This document shows, in pieces, positions 17,003 through 26,890 of a stretch of 61,789 nucleotides of DNA. This stretch comes from a virus. Its lineage: Duplodnaviria; Caudoviricetes. Numbering within the stretch: the stretch's first letter is position 1; every line of letters begins with the position of its first letter. Position numbers and translations under genes: made by a program. The notes below the pieces were generated by a model. The model made no database searches. It had not been told where the DNA came from and saw only the letters and a program-made list of their open reading frames with translations. The stretch covers positions 1-61,789 of IMG/VR virus record IMGVR_UViG_3300030419_002074; one strand, 5' to 3'.

Positions 17003-18262
17003 ATGTTAGATTTTTACTTTAACAGACGGGATTTTCTCAGGATAGGATCTATTGGTACAGGGATGACACTTGCTGGCTTGTCAGATGCTGCATTGGCTGA
17101 ACAGCCTAGAGCATACGAAGATAAGTCCGTTGTTTGGGTCTGGCTAGGCGGTGGCCCTACCCAGTTTGAAACTTTTCACGCCCCAAACGACACGGTTCCT
17201 ACAGAGTGGCAGCCTGTAAACGGTGCAAAGCACGACCCAAAGACCAACATTACTCTTGGGGAAGATTGGCGGGAGCTATCTAAACATACTTCAAAATTAA
17301 ACGTAGTTAACTCATTTAGTCATAAGGACTCTTCGCATAGACAGGGAACTCATTTTATGATGACTGGGCATTACAACCCAGAACGAACAACAACATCTAT
17401 GGCTAAGTATCCCTCATTTGGGTCAATGGTATCCGCTATTTATGGAACCAATCATCCAGACAACGGAGTTCCTTCTTATGTTAAACAAGGTAAGATCGAA
17501 GGAGATGAAGGGGCTTGGCTTGGAGGTGCATACAAGCCCTTTGACCCATCTAATAAAGACAACCTAACTCCACGAATTGAGCTAGATAGATTTAGTAACA
17601 GAAAAACATTACTCAGTGAGTTAGGATCTGCTGCTAAAGATATTTCTGGCAAGGGTGCCCAGTCTGTTGGATTTTATAAAGGTCAGGCTTATGATGTCAT
17701 ACTTGGTTCAGCAAAGGAGGCGTTTGCAACGGACAAAGAATCTGAATCTACAAAAGCACTATACGGATCTACAAAAGCTAATGACATTGGAGAACAGCTT
17801 ATCCTAGCTAGAAGACTGGTCGAGCATGGAACTAAATTTATCACGCTACATTATGGTGGATGGGATATGCATAGCAATATATCCAACGCCCTTAAAACAA
17901 AGGTGGCTCCGATAGATAAAGCTATTGCTGGATTTCTTGCAGACCTATGGGATCGAGGCTTAAACGAAAAGGTTCTCTTGGTTGTTACAGGAGAGTTTGG
18001 TAGAACTAAAATAAATGCAAATGCTGGACGTGATCATTGGCCTGCAATTACACCAATGATGATGGCCGGTGGCGAATATCAATCAGGGAGGACTATCGGT
18101 AAGGCAGATAGATCTTACAGTCCTACAGAGAATCCTGTAGGGCCGCTTGATCTGCAAGCAACTCTGTTTGACCACTTCGGAATTGATGGAGCGATTCAAC
18201 GTACTGACATGTCTGGTCGTCCCAGATATTTGTTAGAAGGTGAAGCAAAAGTAATTCTTTAA
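17003..18262 (+). CDS. DUF1501 family protein (Tat signal)
   Basis: NRRDFL, WLGGGPTQFETF, ARRLVEHG, GGWDMH, GEFGRTKIN..AGRDHWP. Confidence 0.9.
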   Translation: MLDFYFNRRDFLRIGSIGTGMTLAGLSDAALAEQPRAYEDKSVVWVWLGGGPTQFETFHAPNDTVPTEWQPVNGAKHDPKTNITLGEDWRELSKHTSKLNVVNSFSHKDSSHRQGTHFMMTGHYNPERTTTSMAKYPSFGSMVSAIYGTNHPDNGVPSYVKQGKIEGDEGAWLGGAYKPFDPSNKDNLTPRIELDRFSNRKTLLSELGSAAKDISGKGAQSVGFYKGQAYDVILGSAKEAFATDKESESTKALYGSTKANDIGEQLILARRLVEHGTKFITLHYGGWDMHSNISNALKTKVAPIDKAIAGFLADLWDRGLNEKVLLVVTGEFGRTKINANAGRDHWPAITPMMMAGGEYQSGRTIGKADRSYSPTENPVGPLDLQATLFDHFGIDGAIQRTDMSGRPRYLLEGEAKVIL

Positions 18263-18276
18263 TAGAGGAGGTGACT

Positions 18277-18417
18277 ATGCCATTGTTTAATGGTCCACTC
18301 GCTACATTTATTAGGAAACACAAGCTAGTCAGACGTACTGCTGTTGTTGGCGGTGCTTTGGTTGGTATCTACTTCTTGGGAGCTTCCCAAGGTTGGTGGG
18401 AAAGATTTTTATTTTAA
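18277..18417 (+). CDS. small single-TM protein (46 aa)
   Basis: GAGGAGG RBS; MPLFNGPLATFIRKHKLVRRTAVVGGALVGIYFLG... Confidence 0.65.
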   Translation: MPLFNGPLATFIRKHKLVRRTAVVGGALVGIYFLGASQGWWERFLF

Positions 18418-18428
18418 GGAAAAGAAAT

Positions 18429-19685
18429 ATGAAAAGACGACATTTTTTACATGCTGGTATTCTTGGTAGTTTTGGTTTATCTCTAGCTAGGGGTGATCAA
18501 AAGTTTTACGAAAGTAAAGAAGGGCCAGCCAAAAGTGTTATTTTCATATATCTCCCCGGAGGAATGGCTCATCAGGAAACTTTAGATCCTAAGCCATTTG
18601 CTCCGTTGGAGTATCGTGGACCGCTTGGTAGTATAGACACTAACATTCCCGGCATTCGTCTGGGTGAACTGCTAAGTAAGACATCTAAAGTTATGGATAA
18701 AATTACAATTATCCGCAGTATGACACATGGAGAAGCAGCTCATGAGCGTGGGACACACAATATGTTTACTGGCTATAGACCTAGCCCAGCCCTTCAATAC
18801 CCATCTATGGGTTCAGTGGTTGCACATGAGTTTGGACCTCGTAAAAACCTTCCTCCATATGTCTGTATCCCCAACCAGCCTAATGAATTTGCAGGTACTG
18901 GATATTTAAGTAGCTCTTATTCTGGGTTTGGTTTAGGCTCTGATCCCGCTAGTGATGGATTCCAAGTTAGAGACCTAAAGATTCCGGTTGAAGACGAAAG
19001 ATTCACAAGAAGACAGCGTGTGCTTAATATAGTCAATACGGATTTTAACAAGAAGCAAGAAGCTGATTCTGTTAAGGCGATGAACTCATTTTATGAGCGT
19101 GCTTACAGTCTCATAGGAGATCAAAACGCAAGGGATGCCTTTGATATAGAAAAGGAACCGGCAAACATTAGAGATAAATATGGCAGAAATACTGCCGGTG
19201 CTAGAATGTTACTGGCCCGCAGGCTAGTAGAGTTTGGAACAAGATTCGTAACACTCACCTATGGCGGGTGGGATATGCATGATAACATAGCCAATGGAAT
19301 GAAAAATCAGCTTCCGGCTTTCGATCAAGGTTTTGCAACTCTTATTGAAGACTTGGATGATCGTGGATTACTCGACTCTACGTTAGTGTGTGTGGTTTCT
19401 GAGTTTGGAAGAACCCCAAAAATCAACGCTAACGCTGGTCGTGATCACTGGCCAAAAGTTTTTAGTACAATAATGGCAGGCGGTGGCATTAAAAGAGGAA
19501 TGACATATGGAACCTCAAATGCTACTGCGAGCGAACCAGACCAAAACCCAGTCAATATAGAAGATTGGGCGGCTACTATCTACAATAGATTAGGAATAGT
19601 TGCTGATAAAGAATTAATGGCTCCCGGCGAACGACCTATCGAGATTGTTGACGGCGGCAAATTACTAACAGATATTATTACTTAA
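18429..19685 (+). CDS. DUF1501 family protein (Tat signal)
   Basis: MKRRHFL, LPGGMAHQETLDPKP, ARRLVEFG, GGWDMH, EFGRTPKINANAGRDHWP. Confidence 0.92.
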   Translation: MKRRHFLHAGILGSFGLSLARGDQKFYESKEGPAKSVIFIYLPGGMAHQETLDPKPFAPLEYRGPLGSIDTNIPGIRLGELLSKTSKVMDKITIIRSMTHGEAAHERGTHNMFTGYRPSPALQYPSMGSVVAHEFGPRKNLPPYVCIPNQPNEFAGTGYLSSSYSGFGLGSDPASDGFQVRDLKIPVEDERFTRRQRVLNIVNTDFNKKQEADSVKAMNSFYERAYSLIGDQNARDAFDIEKEPANIRDKYGRNTAGARMLLARRLVEFGTRFVTLTYGGWDMHDNIANGMKNQLPAFDQGFATLIEDLDDRGLLDSTLVCVVSEFGRTPKINANAGRDHWPKVFSTIMAGGGIKRGMTYGTSNATASEPDQNPVNIEDWAATIYNRLGIVADKELMAPGERPIEIVDGGKLLTDIIT

Positions 19686-19695
19686 GGAGTATAAA

Positions 19696-19890
19696 ATGAA
19701 GATTAAAATTCCACTAATAGCTATAGCGATACTAGCCGCAATATACTTTGGAAATAAAGAAGAAATTAAAAACATGTTTATAAAGGAGAATCCCGTGATT
19801 TGTGACACCTGTGAAAACGAATGTCCATGCCCAGTTCAAGAATGTATATGTCAAGACGCTTGCGAGTGTCCAGATTGCGAGGTGTCATAA
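19696..19890 (+). CDS. membrane-anchored metallothionein-like Cys-rich peptide
   Basis: N-terminal TM then CDTCENECPCPVQECICQDACECPDC. Confidence 0.65.
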   Translation: MKIKIPLIAIAILAAIYFGNKEEIKNMFIKENPVICDTCENECPCPVQECICQDACECPDCEVS

Positions 19891-20267
19891 TGAAATATTT
19901 AGCATCAACACTATGTCTCTTGCTTATCCCTTTGTCAGCCGAAGCAGAGCAGCCCGAACGCAAGGTTGTCAAGCCGCCGGTTGTAAAGAGTGTTCCTAGA
20001 GACTTTACAAGGCCACAGGTAAAGAAGCCTGCTGGTTTTGGGAAGCAAGAATGGCAAAGACCTCAACAGCCTCAAGTTAGGCCTAGCCATAACTACAGAC
20101 ACGGAAGCATAATAATCGGCAGACCTTATGTTTACCCGTATCAGTACAGAGTGTATCCACCAACGATTCACCGTTACTACTACGGTCCTCCGGTAATTGT
20201 TCAACCACAACCTGTTCCTGTTTACCCGTCTCCGTTCAGCGGACTATTTTTTCACTTTAGGTTTTAG
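19890..20267 (+). CDS. secreted Pro/Tyr-rich protein
   Basis: signal peptide MKYLASTLCLLLIPLSAEA; YVYPYQY..YYYGPPVIVQP; ends FFHFRF. Confidence 0.7.
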   Translation: MKYLASTLCLLLIPLSAEAEQPERKVVKPPVVKSVPRDFTRPQVKKPAGFGKQEWQRPQQPQVRPSHNYRHGSIIIGRPYVYPYQYRVYPPTIHRYYYGPPVIVQPQPVPVYPSPFSGLFFHFRF

Positions 20268-20268
20268 T

Positions 20269-21483
20269 ATGAAAAGAAGAGAATTTTTATCATCATTAGC
20301 TGGTGTGGCCGCTTTAACCCAAACGCTAAAAGCTAATCAGCAACAGTTAAAGAAAAATGGTAAATCTGCCATCCTCCTCTGGATGGGTGGCGGTCCGTCA
20401 ACTATGGATATATGGGACTTGAAACCAGACGCACCAACCGGAGGGCCATTCAAGCCTATTGCTACAACTGGCGATGTGGAGATTTGCGAACATATGCCGC
20501 TAATGGCAAAACAGATGCATAACATGGCTATCGTGCGAAGCATGAGTACCCGTGAGGCAGATCATATGCGTGGACGATACTACATGCATACTGGCTATGT
20601 TCCTAACCCAAGCATGGTTCACCCTAGTTACGGATCTGTCATCTCTAAGGAATTAGAAAAACAAGATCTACTAATTCCACAGTTTGTTTCTGTAAATGGG
20701 CCAAGTCACGGGGCTGGTTTTTTAGGTGCCCAATACGATCCATTTAGTGTAAATAGCGATGGTAGAATTAGAAACCTAGACATGAAGATAGATCAAAGAT
20801 TCTATCAAAGGGCACATGTACTAGACATGATAGAAACTAATTTTATTAATAACAACAGAGGGTCTCTAGCAAAAGAACATCAAAAAGTTCTTAGGAAAAC
20901 TTTTAATGTTTTAACAAGTAAAGAAATGGATGCTATGAAGATAGCCGGTGAACCAGAAAATATTAAAGAAAGATATGGCGACAACGGCTTTGGTAAGGGG
21001 TGTCTAATGGCTAGGAGGCTAGTAGAAGTTGGTGTGCCTTTTATTGAAGTTGGCTTGGGAGGATGGGATAATCATCAAAACATCTTTCCAACGCTAAGAG
21101 ATACAAAACTACCCATGCTAGATCAAGGCATGAGTGCATTAGTAGAGGACTTAGAACAGAGAGGGTTACTGGAGGACACAGCTATTATATGGATGGGCGA
21201 ATTTAGTAGAACTCCACGCATTAATCAAAACGCTGGTCGTGACCACTGGGCACGAAGCTGGAGCGTGGTTGTAGGTGGTGGTGGCATGAAAGGCGGCATA
21301 GCTGTTGGTGCTACAAACGAAGATGGTACAAGAGTAGAAACAGAACCATATTCCTCCCAAGATGTTATGGCCTCAGTATGCAAGGCTCTTGGCATTTCGC
21401 TACAAACTACTTACACAAGTAAAAGTGGGCGACCTATGAAGATAGCTAATTCAGGAAAAGTAATTACTGAACTATTTTCTTAG
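20269..21483 (+). CDS. DUF1501 family protein (Tat signal)
   Basis: MKRREFL, WMGGGPSTMDIWDLKP, ARRLVEVG, GGWDNH, GEFSRTPRINQNAGRDHW. Confidence 0.92.
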   Translation: MKRREFLSSLAGVAALTQTLKANQQQLKKNGKSAILLWMGGGPSTMDIWDLKPDAPTGGPFKPIATTGDVEICEHMPLMAKQMHNMAIVRSMSTREADHMRGRYYMHTGYVPNPSMVHPSYGSVISKELEKQDLLIPQFVSVNGPSHGAGFLGAQYDPFSVNSDGRIRNLDMKIDQRFYQRAHVLDMIETNFINNNRGSLAKEHQKVLRKTFNVLTSKEMDAMKIAGEPENIKERYGDNGFGKGCLMARRLVEVGVPFIEVGLGGWDNHQNIFPTLRDTKLPMLDQGMSALVEDLEQRGLLEDTAIIWMGEFSRTPRINQNAGRDHWARSWSVVVGGGGMKGGIAVGATNEDGTRVETEPYSSQDVMASVCKALGISLQTTYTSKSGRPMKIANSGKVITELFS

Positions 21484-21492
21484 GGGTTTAAG

Positions 21493-21786
21493 ATGAAATT
21501 TTTTAAATGTGCCGTATATATTATTTTTCTATTAACATTAGCAAATCTTGCTTTTAGTGCGTATATGTTTAGGGAGCTTAGAAAACCTAATATTATTGTG
21601 GCTCCCGATCCAGCACTTAGAGAAATAAAAGAACATTCGATGATGAGAGATACACAACTACTTCAAGGAATATTAATGATACATCACGACAGGGGGATGC
21701 ATCCTCCCGGAACCCAAGTTCTGTGTCCTTTATGCGATAATCAAGAAAAACAACTAAAGTCAATTATAGTACAAAAGGAGAACTAA
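21493..21786 (+). CDS. membrane-anchored protein with H/CxxC metal motif
   Basis: N-terminal TM; HH...H...CPLC. Confidence 0.6.
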   Translation: MKFFKCAVYIIFLLTLANLAFSAYMFRELRKPNIIVAPDPALREIKEHSMMRDTQLLQGILMIHHDRGMHPPGTQVLCPLCDNQEKQLKSIIVQKEN

Positions 21787-21787
21787 G

Positions 21788-22942
21788 ATGCCACTCCCAG
21801 AAAAAGGAAAAGACGAATCAAGGGAAAGTTTTATTTCTAGGTGCGTGTCTAGCGACAAGACTAAAAAAGAATTTCCAGAACAACAGCAAAGAGTAGCTAT
21901 GTGTATGTCTAGAGCCACAGAAGACTTACCAGCGATGGCTTCAGCTGACTTCAAATATAATATTGAGACATTTGGTTATACGGAAGAAATTACGGAAGAT
22001 AATTTCTATATCCCAGCAGAGGCAGAGTATGTAGACTTCCAAGACACAGAAGAAGAATGGGATATAGCTATAGCAAAACCGGGCCTTTGGGAAAACATAC
22101 GAAAGAAGAAAGAGCGTGAAGGTAAAAACTACAAGCCCGCCAAAACAGAAAAAGAAGGTAGACCAAGCCAAGAAGAGTTAAAAAAAGCACAATCAGATAA
22201 GCCGGGACCAAAAGATCCTCGCAGGACACCCGCACCAAAGAAAGACCAGAAGAGAGGCTCCAAGAAAAACAAACCAGATAGTGCAAAGAATCCTAGTGGC
22301 AAGATTACATTTAGTAAAGAAGTAACTAAACAACTTTCAAATAAAGTAAAGGAACACAATGCAAAAGGCAAAGGTTCCAAAGCTAGCCTTGGAATGCTTA
22401 AAGCGGTATACAGAAGGGGAGCTGGTGCTTATTCCACTAGTCACGCACCAAAGATGAGTCGTCACGGCTGGGCTATAGCTAGAGTAAACGCCTTTCTAAC
22501 CTTACTAAGAACCGGAAAGCCCTCAAACTCGGGCTACACTCAAGATAATGACTTGTTGCCAAAAGGTCATCCTAGAAAGTCAAAGGCTGAGGCGGCTTAT
22601 AAATATGAAAACCCTAAAACCGGAGAGGTGTTTACTTTCGTCAGAAGGGGCAACTACAAGAAGGATGGCGTTTCTCTTGTATATAGAGGAGAAGCAGCAG
22701 AATACCAAGGGCGTAAAGTCACCTTGAACAAACCCTTCAGAACTCCCGATGGGCCAAAGAAGTTTGCGGTCTACACCAAGAATGGTTCTGGTAAAGTCGT
22801 TATAGTTAGATTTGGCGATCCTAACATGGAGATCAAAAAGGACAACCCTAAAAGACGTAAGAGCTTTAGAGCTAGACACAAGTGCGACACAGCTCCCGGC
22901 CCCAAATGGAAGGCTAGGTACTGGTCTTGTAGAATGTGGTAG
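21788..22942 (+). CDS. basic multi-module phage protein
   Basis: modules ESFISRC, GLWENIRKK, AVYRRGAGAY..WAIARVNAF, VRFGDPNM..RRKSFRARHKC..ARYWSC. Confidence 0.7.
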   Translation: MPLPEKGKDESRESFISRCVSSDKTKKEFPEQQQRVAMCMSRATEDLPAMASADFKYNIETFGYTEEITEDNFYIPAEAEYVDFQDTEEEWDIAIAKPGLWENIRKKKEREGKNYKPAKTEKEGRPSQEELKKAQSDKPGPKDPRRTPAPKKDQKRGSKKNKPDSAKNPSGKITFSKEVTKQLSNKVKEHNAKGKGSKASLGMLKAVYRRGAGAYSTSHAPKMSRHGWAIARVNAFLTLLRTGKPSNSGYTQDNDLLPKGHPRKSKAEAAYKYENPKTGEVFTFVRRGNYKKDGVSLVYRGEAAEYQGRKVTLNKPFRTPDGPKKFAVYTKNGSGKVVIVRFGDPNMEIKKDNPKRRKSFRARHKCDTAPGPKWKARYWSCRMW

Positions 22943-23127
22943 CTTGAAAAATCCATATGAACCCCCCAAAACATATACAAAAAAGAGTGCAGAACGCCAC
23001 TATCACTTTGATAATAGAGAAGATACAGATTGGTCTGGTTTTTTCTTTGTTATCATCATTCTGTTCATAGTATTGTTTCATCATGTATTAATTGATTTCT
23101 TTGTAGGTGTCTTTAAAGAGGTTTTGT

Positions 23128-23949
23128 ATGGGGTATAGAAACCTAACCATAAGAGGAAAAAGAGATGGTTTTGGTTGTCAGCTAAATGCGGTGTTATCTG
23201 GTCTAGCCTTTTGTTACAATCATCCGAACTATAGATACGTCCATACACCCTTTTGCAGTGTATCTCACGGATGGAGAGAAAACACAGATGAGCTGAATAA
23301 CCTGATTGGAATACCGGATGGTAGGCATGGAAAGAGAATACATGTTGTATACCGATATATGGCCCAAGTGTTTAAAGATCCCAACCATTTTTATAATACT
23401 AAAACCTTAGATTACATAAGACAATTTTACTGGTCTACCCCTAAACCTGAACCCGTAAAAGAGGATATAGTGGTACACATAAGAAGGGGAGATGTACAAA
23501 GACACAGGGGAGGAGATAGAGCGAGAAGATATATTCCCAACGCTTGGTATAATGCAACAATACCCCAGTTAGCAAAAAGATATCCAGATCATTACACGAT
23601 AGCCGTGCATTCAGAAGGAGAGATGGATGAATTCAAACCCATAATGGACGGCTGGCCAGAAGATTTAATACAAAGAACTAAGTGGAAGTTATCAAAAGGA
23701 ACTGGAGTTCCGGAGGTAGGGCATGTCGGTGCCCATGATCAAGAATATATACTTCCAGTTACTTTTCATGAAATGGTAACCGCAAAGGTATTACTGCAAA
23801 GCAAAAGCGGATTATCTTACACCGCTTCACTTTATTCCGAGGGAGACATCTTCTTTTTATCTAGTGGGGCAAATGGCCAACAAACCGGCTTATCTCACTG
23901 GAAGATGGCCCGACATGAACTAGAACCCAAAGAGCCTATTTTTAAATGA
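23128..23949 (+). CDS. GT11-like (alpha-1,2-fucosyltransferase-type) glycosyltransferase
   Basis: DGFGCQL, VVHIRRGD, SKSGLSY. Confidence 0.65.
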   Translation: MGYRNLTIRGKRDGFGCQLNAVLSGLAFCYNHPNYRYVHTPFCSVSHGWRENTDELNNLIGIPDGRHGKRIHVVYRYMAQVFKDPNHFYNTKTLDYIRQFYWSTPKPEPVKEDIVVHIRRGDVQRHRGGDRARRYIPNAWYNATIPQLAKRYPDHYTIAVHSEGEMDEFKPIMDGWPEDLIQRTKWKLSKGTGVPEVGHVGAHDQEYILPVTFHEMVTAKVLLQSKSGLSYTASLYSEGDIFFLSSGANGQQTGLSHWKMARHELEPKEPIFK

Positions 23950-24998
23950 TTAATTTAATTGCACCTATAAATAGTTTAGGGTATGGGGTAGCTGGATATA
24001 ATTTATTCAAAAATTTATTAGCGGAACACCGCACCACTGCCCTTTACCCTATTTCAAAGCCTGAATTTATTGACGAGTATATACAGGCCGGATTGAACAA
24101 TAGGGATGATCAAACCGTAAAACCTTGTGTTAAGATATGGCATCAAAATGATTTATTTCAATTTGTAGGACATGGAGAACATATAGGGTTTCCCATATTT
24201 GAACTGACTGAATTTAATGAGGAAGAAAAACTAAGCCTTGGTCATTGTGATAAGATATTCGTTTGTTCCGAATGGGCAAGAGGGGTAATTCTAGACCAAA
24301 TGACTGGTCGTTTCTCTGAGGATCGTGTACGTGTTGTGCCACTTGGTGTAGATACAAATTTGTTTCAACCTTCTCTATCTTCCAGACCCCAAACTGTCTT
24401 TTTTAATTGCGGTAAATGGGAAAAAAGAAAAGGGCACGACGTGCTGCTAGAATGCTTTAATGCCGCATTTGAAGATAGGGATAATGTAGAACTTTGGATG
24501 ATGTGCGAAAACCCGTTTATAGGGGATGCTAATAATGGGTGGGCAAACCTTTACAAATCTTCTAAACTAGGTTCAAAAATAAGACTAATTCCCAGACAGC
24601 AAACGCATAAAGATGTGTATAACATTATGCGGCAGACTGATTGTGGTATCTTTCCAGCAAGAGCTGAAGGCTGGAACTTAGAACTACTAGAGATGATGGC
24701 CTGCGGAAAACACGTAATCGCTACAAATTATTCGGCTCACACAGAGTTCTGCAACTGTGACAATACTATGCTAATAGAGCCAAATGGTTTAGAGCAGGCT
24801 AAAGATGGAGTTTTCTTCTCTGGTGAATATGGAGAATGGGCGTCTTTAGGCGAAAATTCTAAAGAACAGTTGATCAGTTATATGAGATCTTTTCATAAGA
24901 GCAAGCAACAAGAGAATAAGCTAAATGACAACGGTGTCAATACCGCAAATATTTTCACTTGGCAAAACTCAACCCAGAGGCTTATAGATGGACTCTAA
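23946..24998 (+). CDS. GT4 glycosyltransferase
   Basis: GKWEKRKG, RAEGWNLELLEMMACG. Confidence 0.88.
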   Translation: MINLIAPINSLGYGVAGYNLFKNLLAEHRTTALYPISKPEFIDEYIQAGLNNRDDQTVKPCVKIWHQNDLFQFVGHGEHIGFPIFELTEFNEEEKLSLGHCDKIFVCSEWARGVILDQMTGRFSEDRVRVVPLGVDTNLFQPSLSSRPQTVFFNCGKWEKRKGHDVLLECFNAAFEDRDNVELWMMCENPFIGDANNGWANLYKSSKLGSKIRLIPRQQTHKDVYNIMRQTDCGIFPARAEGWNLELLEMMACGKHVIATNYSAHTEFCNCDNTMLIEPNGLEQAKDGVFFSGEYGEWASLGENSKEQLISYMRSFHKSKQQENKLNDNGVNTANIFTWQNSTQRLIDGL

Positions 24999-25911
24999 CT
25001 TCAAAACACCCAGATCTATTCTAAATCACTACAAGAGTGGCTTTACAGGTGCTATATGTGATAACGAAGACATTAAGAAACTACTAGGTGAGCTACCAAT
25101 GCCTATATTTGGAGCGGCTGCTTACGATCTGTATGGCTCCGGAGAAGGTAAATTAAGTTTGCCTTTTAAATATTTACTTGAATTCGATTCTGGTTTCGGT
25201 CCGGCAGAAAGACAAACGACAGGCGACTGCGTTTCCCACGCCACCAGAAACGCTATCGACATCACTAGATCTGTGGAAATCAAAAATGGTGAGCGGGAAG
25301 ACTTTGTAACTAGAGGTGCTACGGAGGGTATATATCAGTCCAGAGGCCATCGTGGACAAGGTATGACGTGTAGCGGGGCTGCGAGATATGTGCATCAATC
25401 GGGTGGCATACTGTTAAGGAAAGACTACGGTAAAGTTGATCTTTCTAAATATAACTCAAGTTTAGGAGCTAATCATCGTATTCCCGACAGCATTTATAAA
25501 ACAGAGGCTAAGAAGCATCAAGTCAAGACAATATCTAACGTCAGAACAGTCGAAGAAGCTAGAGACGCTCTTGCTAATGGTTATGCTATGTCTGTATGTT
25601 CTGGGTATGGGTTCAGTAGTCGTAGGGATGGTAATGGCATTGCCAAACGTTCTGGCAGTTGGTCTCACGCTATGGCTTGGGTCGCTTGCGATGATTCTCG
25701 TAAGACTTTAAACGAAACGCTCTTCTTGGTTCAAAATAGCTGGGGAGCTTGGAACTCCGGACCGAAAACTCACGGTCAACCAGACGGAAGCTTCTGGATT
25801 AGAGAAAAAGATGCTAGAGGCATGTTGTCTGGCGGTGGTGCTTGGGTATTTAGTGACGTAGAAGGGTTCCCAGCTAGAAAAGTCGAGTGGACAATAGATG
25901 AGGTTTTTTAA
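24988..25911 (+). CDS. papain-like (C1) cysteine peptidase
   Basis: QTTGDCVSHA (Cys), WSHAM (His), QNSWG (Asn). Confidence 0.82.
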   Translation: MDSNFKTPRSILNHYKSGFTGAICDNEDIKKLLGELPMPIFGAAAYDLYGSGEGKLSLPFKYLLEFDSGFGPAERQTTGDCVSHATRNAIDITRSVEIKNGEREDFVTRGATEGIYQSRGHRGQGMTCSGAARYVHQSGGILLRKDYGKVDLSKYNSSLGANHRIPDSIYKTEAKKHQVKTISNVRTVEEARDALANGYAMSVCSGYGFSSRRDGNGIAKRSGSWSHAMAWVACDDSRKTLNETLFLVQNSWGAWNSGPKTHGQPDGSFWIREKDARGMLSGGGAWVFSDVEGFPARKVEWTIDEVF

Positions 25912-26283
25912 ATGAATATAAAACAAAGAGCCGTTATAGGCGTTTTAGTGGTATCCGGCTTCATTTTTTTTCAAGTTAATAGAAAATCTTCAGAAAATAA
26001 CTTGACAAAAGACGATGTAAACTCTATAATAGAGACAGTAGAACAATCGTTTATTGACGCAGAGGTATCTGTATTAAAAATAACTCCTGAGCCAGACATT
26101 ACTCCGGAAGGGCCAAATCCAGATCCGGAAAAATGTATCTGCAAAGGAACAGGTAAGATAGTGCAAGGGGATGGGCATGTGTCGCCATGCCCTTACCACG
26201 CAAAAACAGATTCTCAGCCAACTATACAAACATACATAGTTCCTAGATTTAGATTATTTAATTTTCTAAGACCTAGAGGCTGA
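25912..26283 (+). CDS. membrane-anchored protein with Zn-finger
   Basis: N-terminal TM; CICKGTG..GDG...CPYH. Confidence 0.7.
   Translation: MNIKQRAVIGVLVVSGFIFFQVNRKSSENNLTKDDVNSIIETVEQSFIDAEVSVLKITPEPDITPEGPNPDPEKCICKGTGKIVQGDGHVSPCPYHAKTDSQPTIQTYIVPRFRLFNFLRPRG
26002..26030 (+). promoter_or_regulatory. intragenic sigma70-type promoter
   Basis: TTGACA-17nt-TATAAT with GACGAT in spacer. Confidence 0.55.
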
Positions 26284-26345
26284 TATTAATTGTTTATGAA
26301 CGGTCGTTCATTTTTTTAACTTAACTTTTTTAGGAGATCTTTATC

Positions 26346-26522
26346 ATGGATAAAGTAAAATCTTTGCTCACTTCTCGTCGATTTTGGGTTTCTGCTGTTG
26401 GCTTGGCTGCCGTAGTAGCGTCTGAAACTTTGGGTATTGAGCTGAATCAAGAGCAGATCGTTGGTGTTGTCACCATTTGTGTGGCGTGGGTTATTGGTGA
26501 TACAGTCCGCGAAACCAAATAA
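26346..26522 (+). CDS. holin-like two-TM protein (58 aa)
   Basis: AGGAG RBS; MDKVKSLLTSRRFWVSAVG...IVGVVTICVAWVIGD. Confidence 0.6.
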   Translation: MDKVKSLLTSRRFWVSAVGLAAVVASETLGIELNQEQIVGVVTICVAWVIGDTVRETK

Positions 26523-26531
26523 GAGGTTAAC

Positions 26532-26876
26532 ATGCTTTCAAAAGTACTCTCTGAACTCTCACCGGTTCAATGGATTTTTATTGGCTTAGGTTTACTAATC
26601 ATGCTGCCCACTTTACTGGAGTGGCTTAGTAAAGCTAAAGTTGTAGCCTCAGATAAACTCGGGTCGATTAGTACACCCGTGTCTGGGCCTAAGCTAAAAT
26701 CTGTTACTAATACAAATTCACTTACCAGTATAGTAAGCAAATGGGAATGTTTATACGAAGCCTGTCAAGAGGCTAAATTGGAAACTGCCTGCTCTAAAAT
26801 AGAAGAGGTCTTTCCTTTATTGACAAAGAAGAGTATTAAAGAAGAAAAAACAGATAAAGCTTTTGAAACACTTTAA
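26532..26876 (+). CDS. membrane-anchored hypothetical protein
   Basis: N-terminal TM. Confidence 0.65.
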   Translation: MLSKVLSELSPVQWIFIGLGLLIMLPTLLEWLSKAKVVASDKLGSISTPVSGPKLKSVTNTNSLTSIVSKWECLYEACQEAKLETACSKIEEVFPLLTKKSIKEEKTDKAFETL

Positions 26877-26890
26877 TCTAAGGAGTACCC

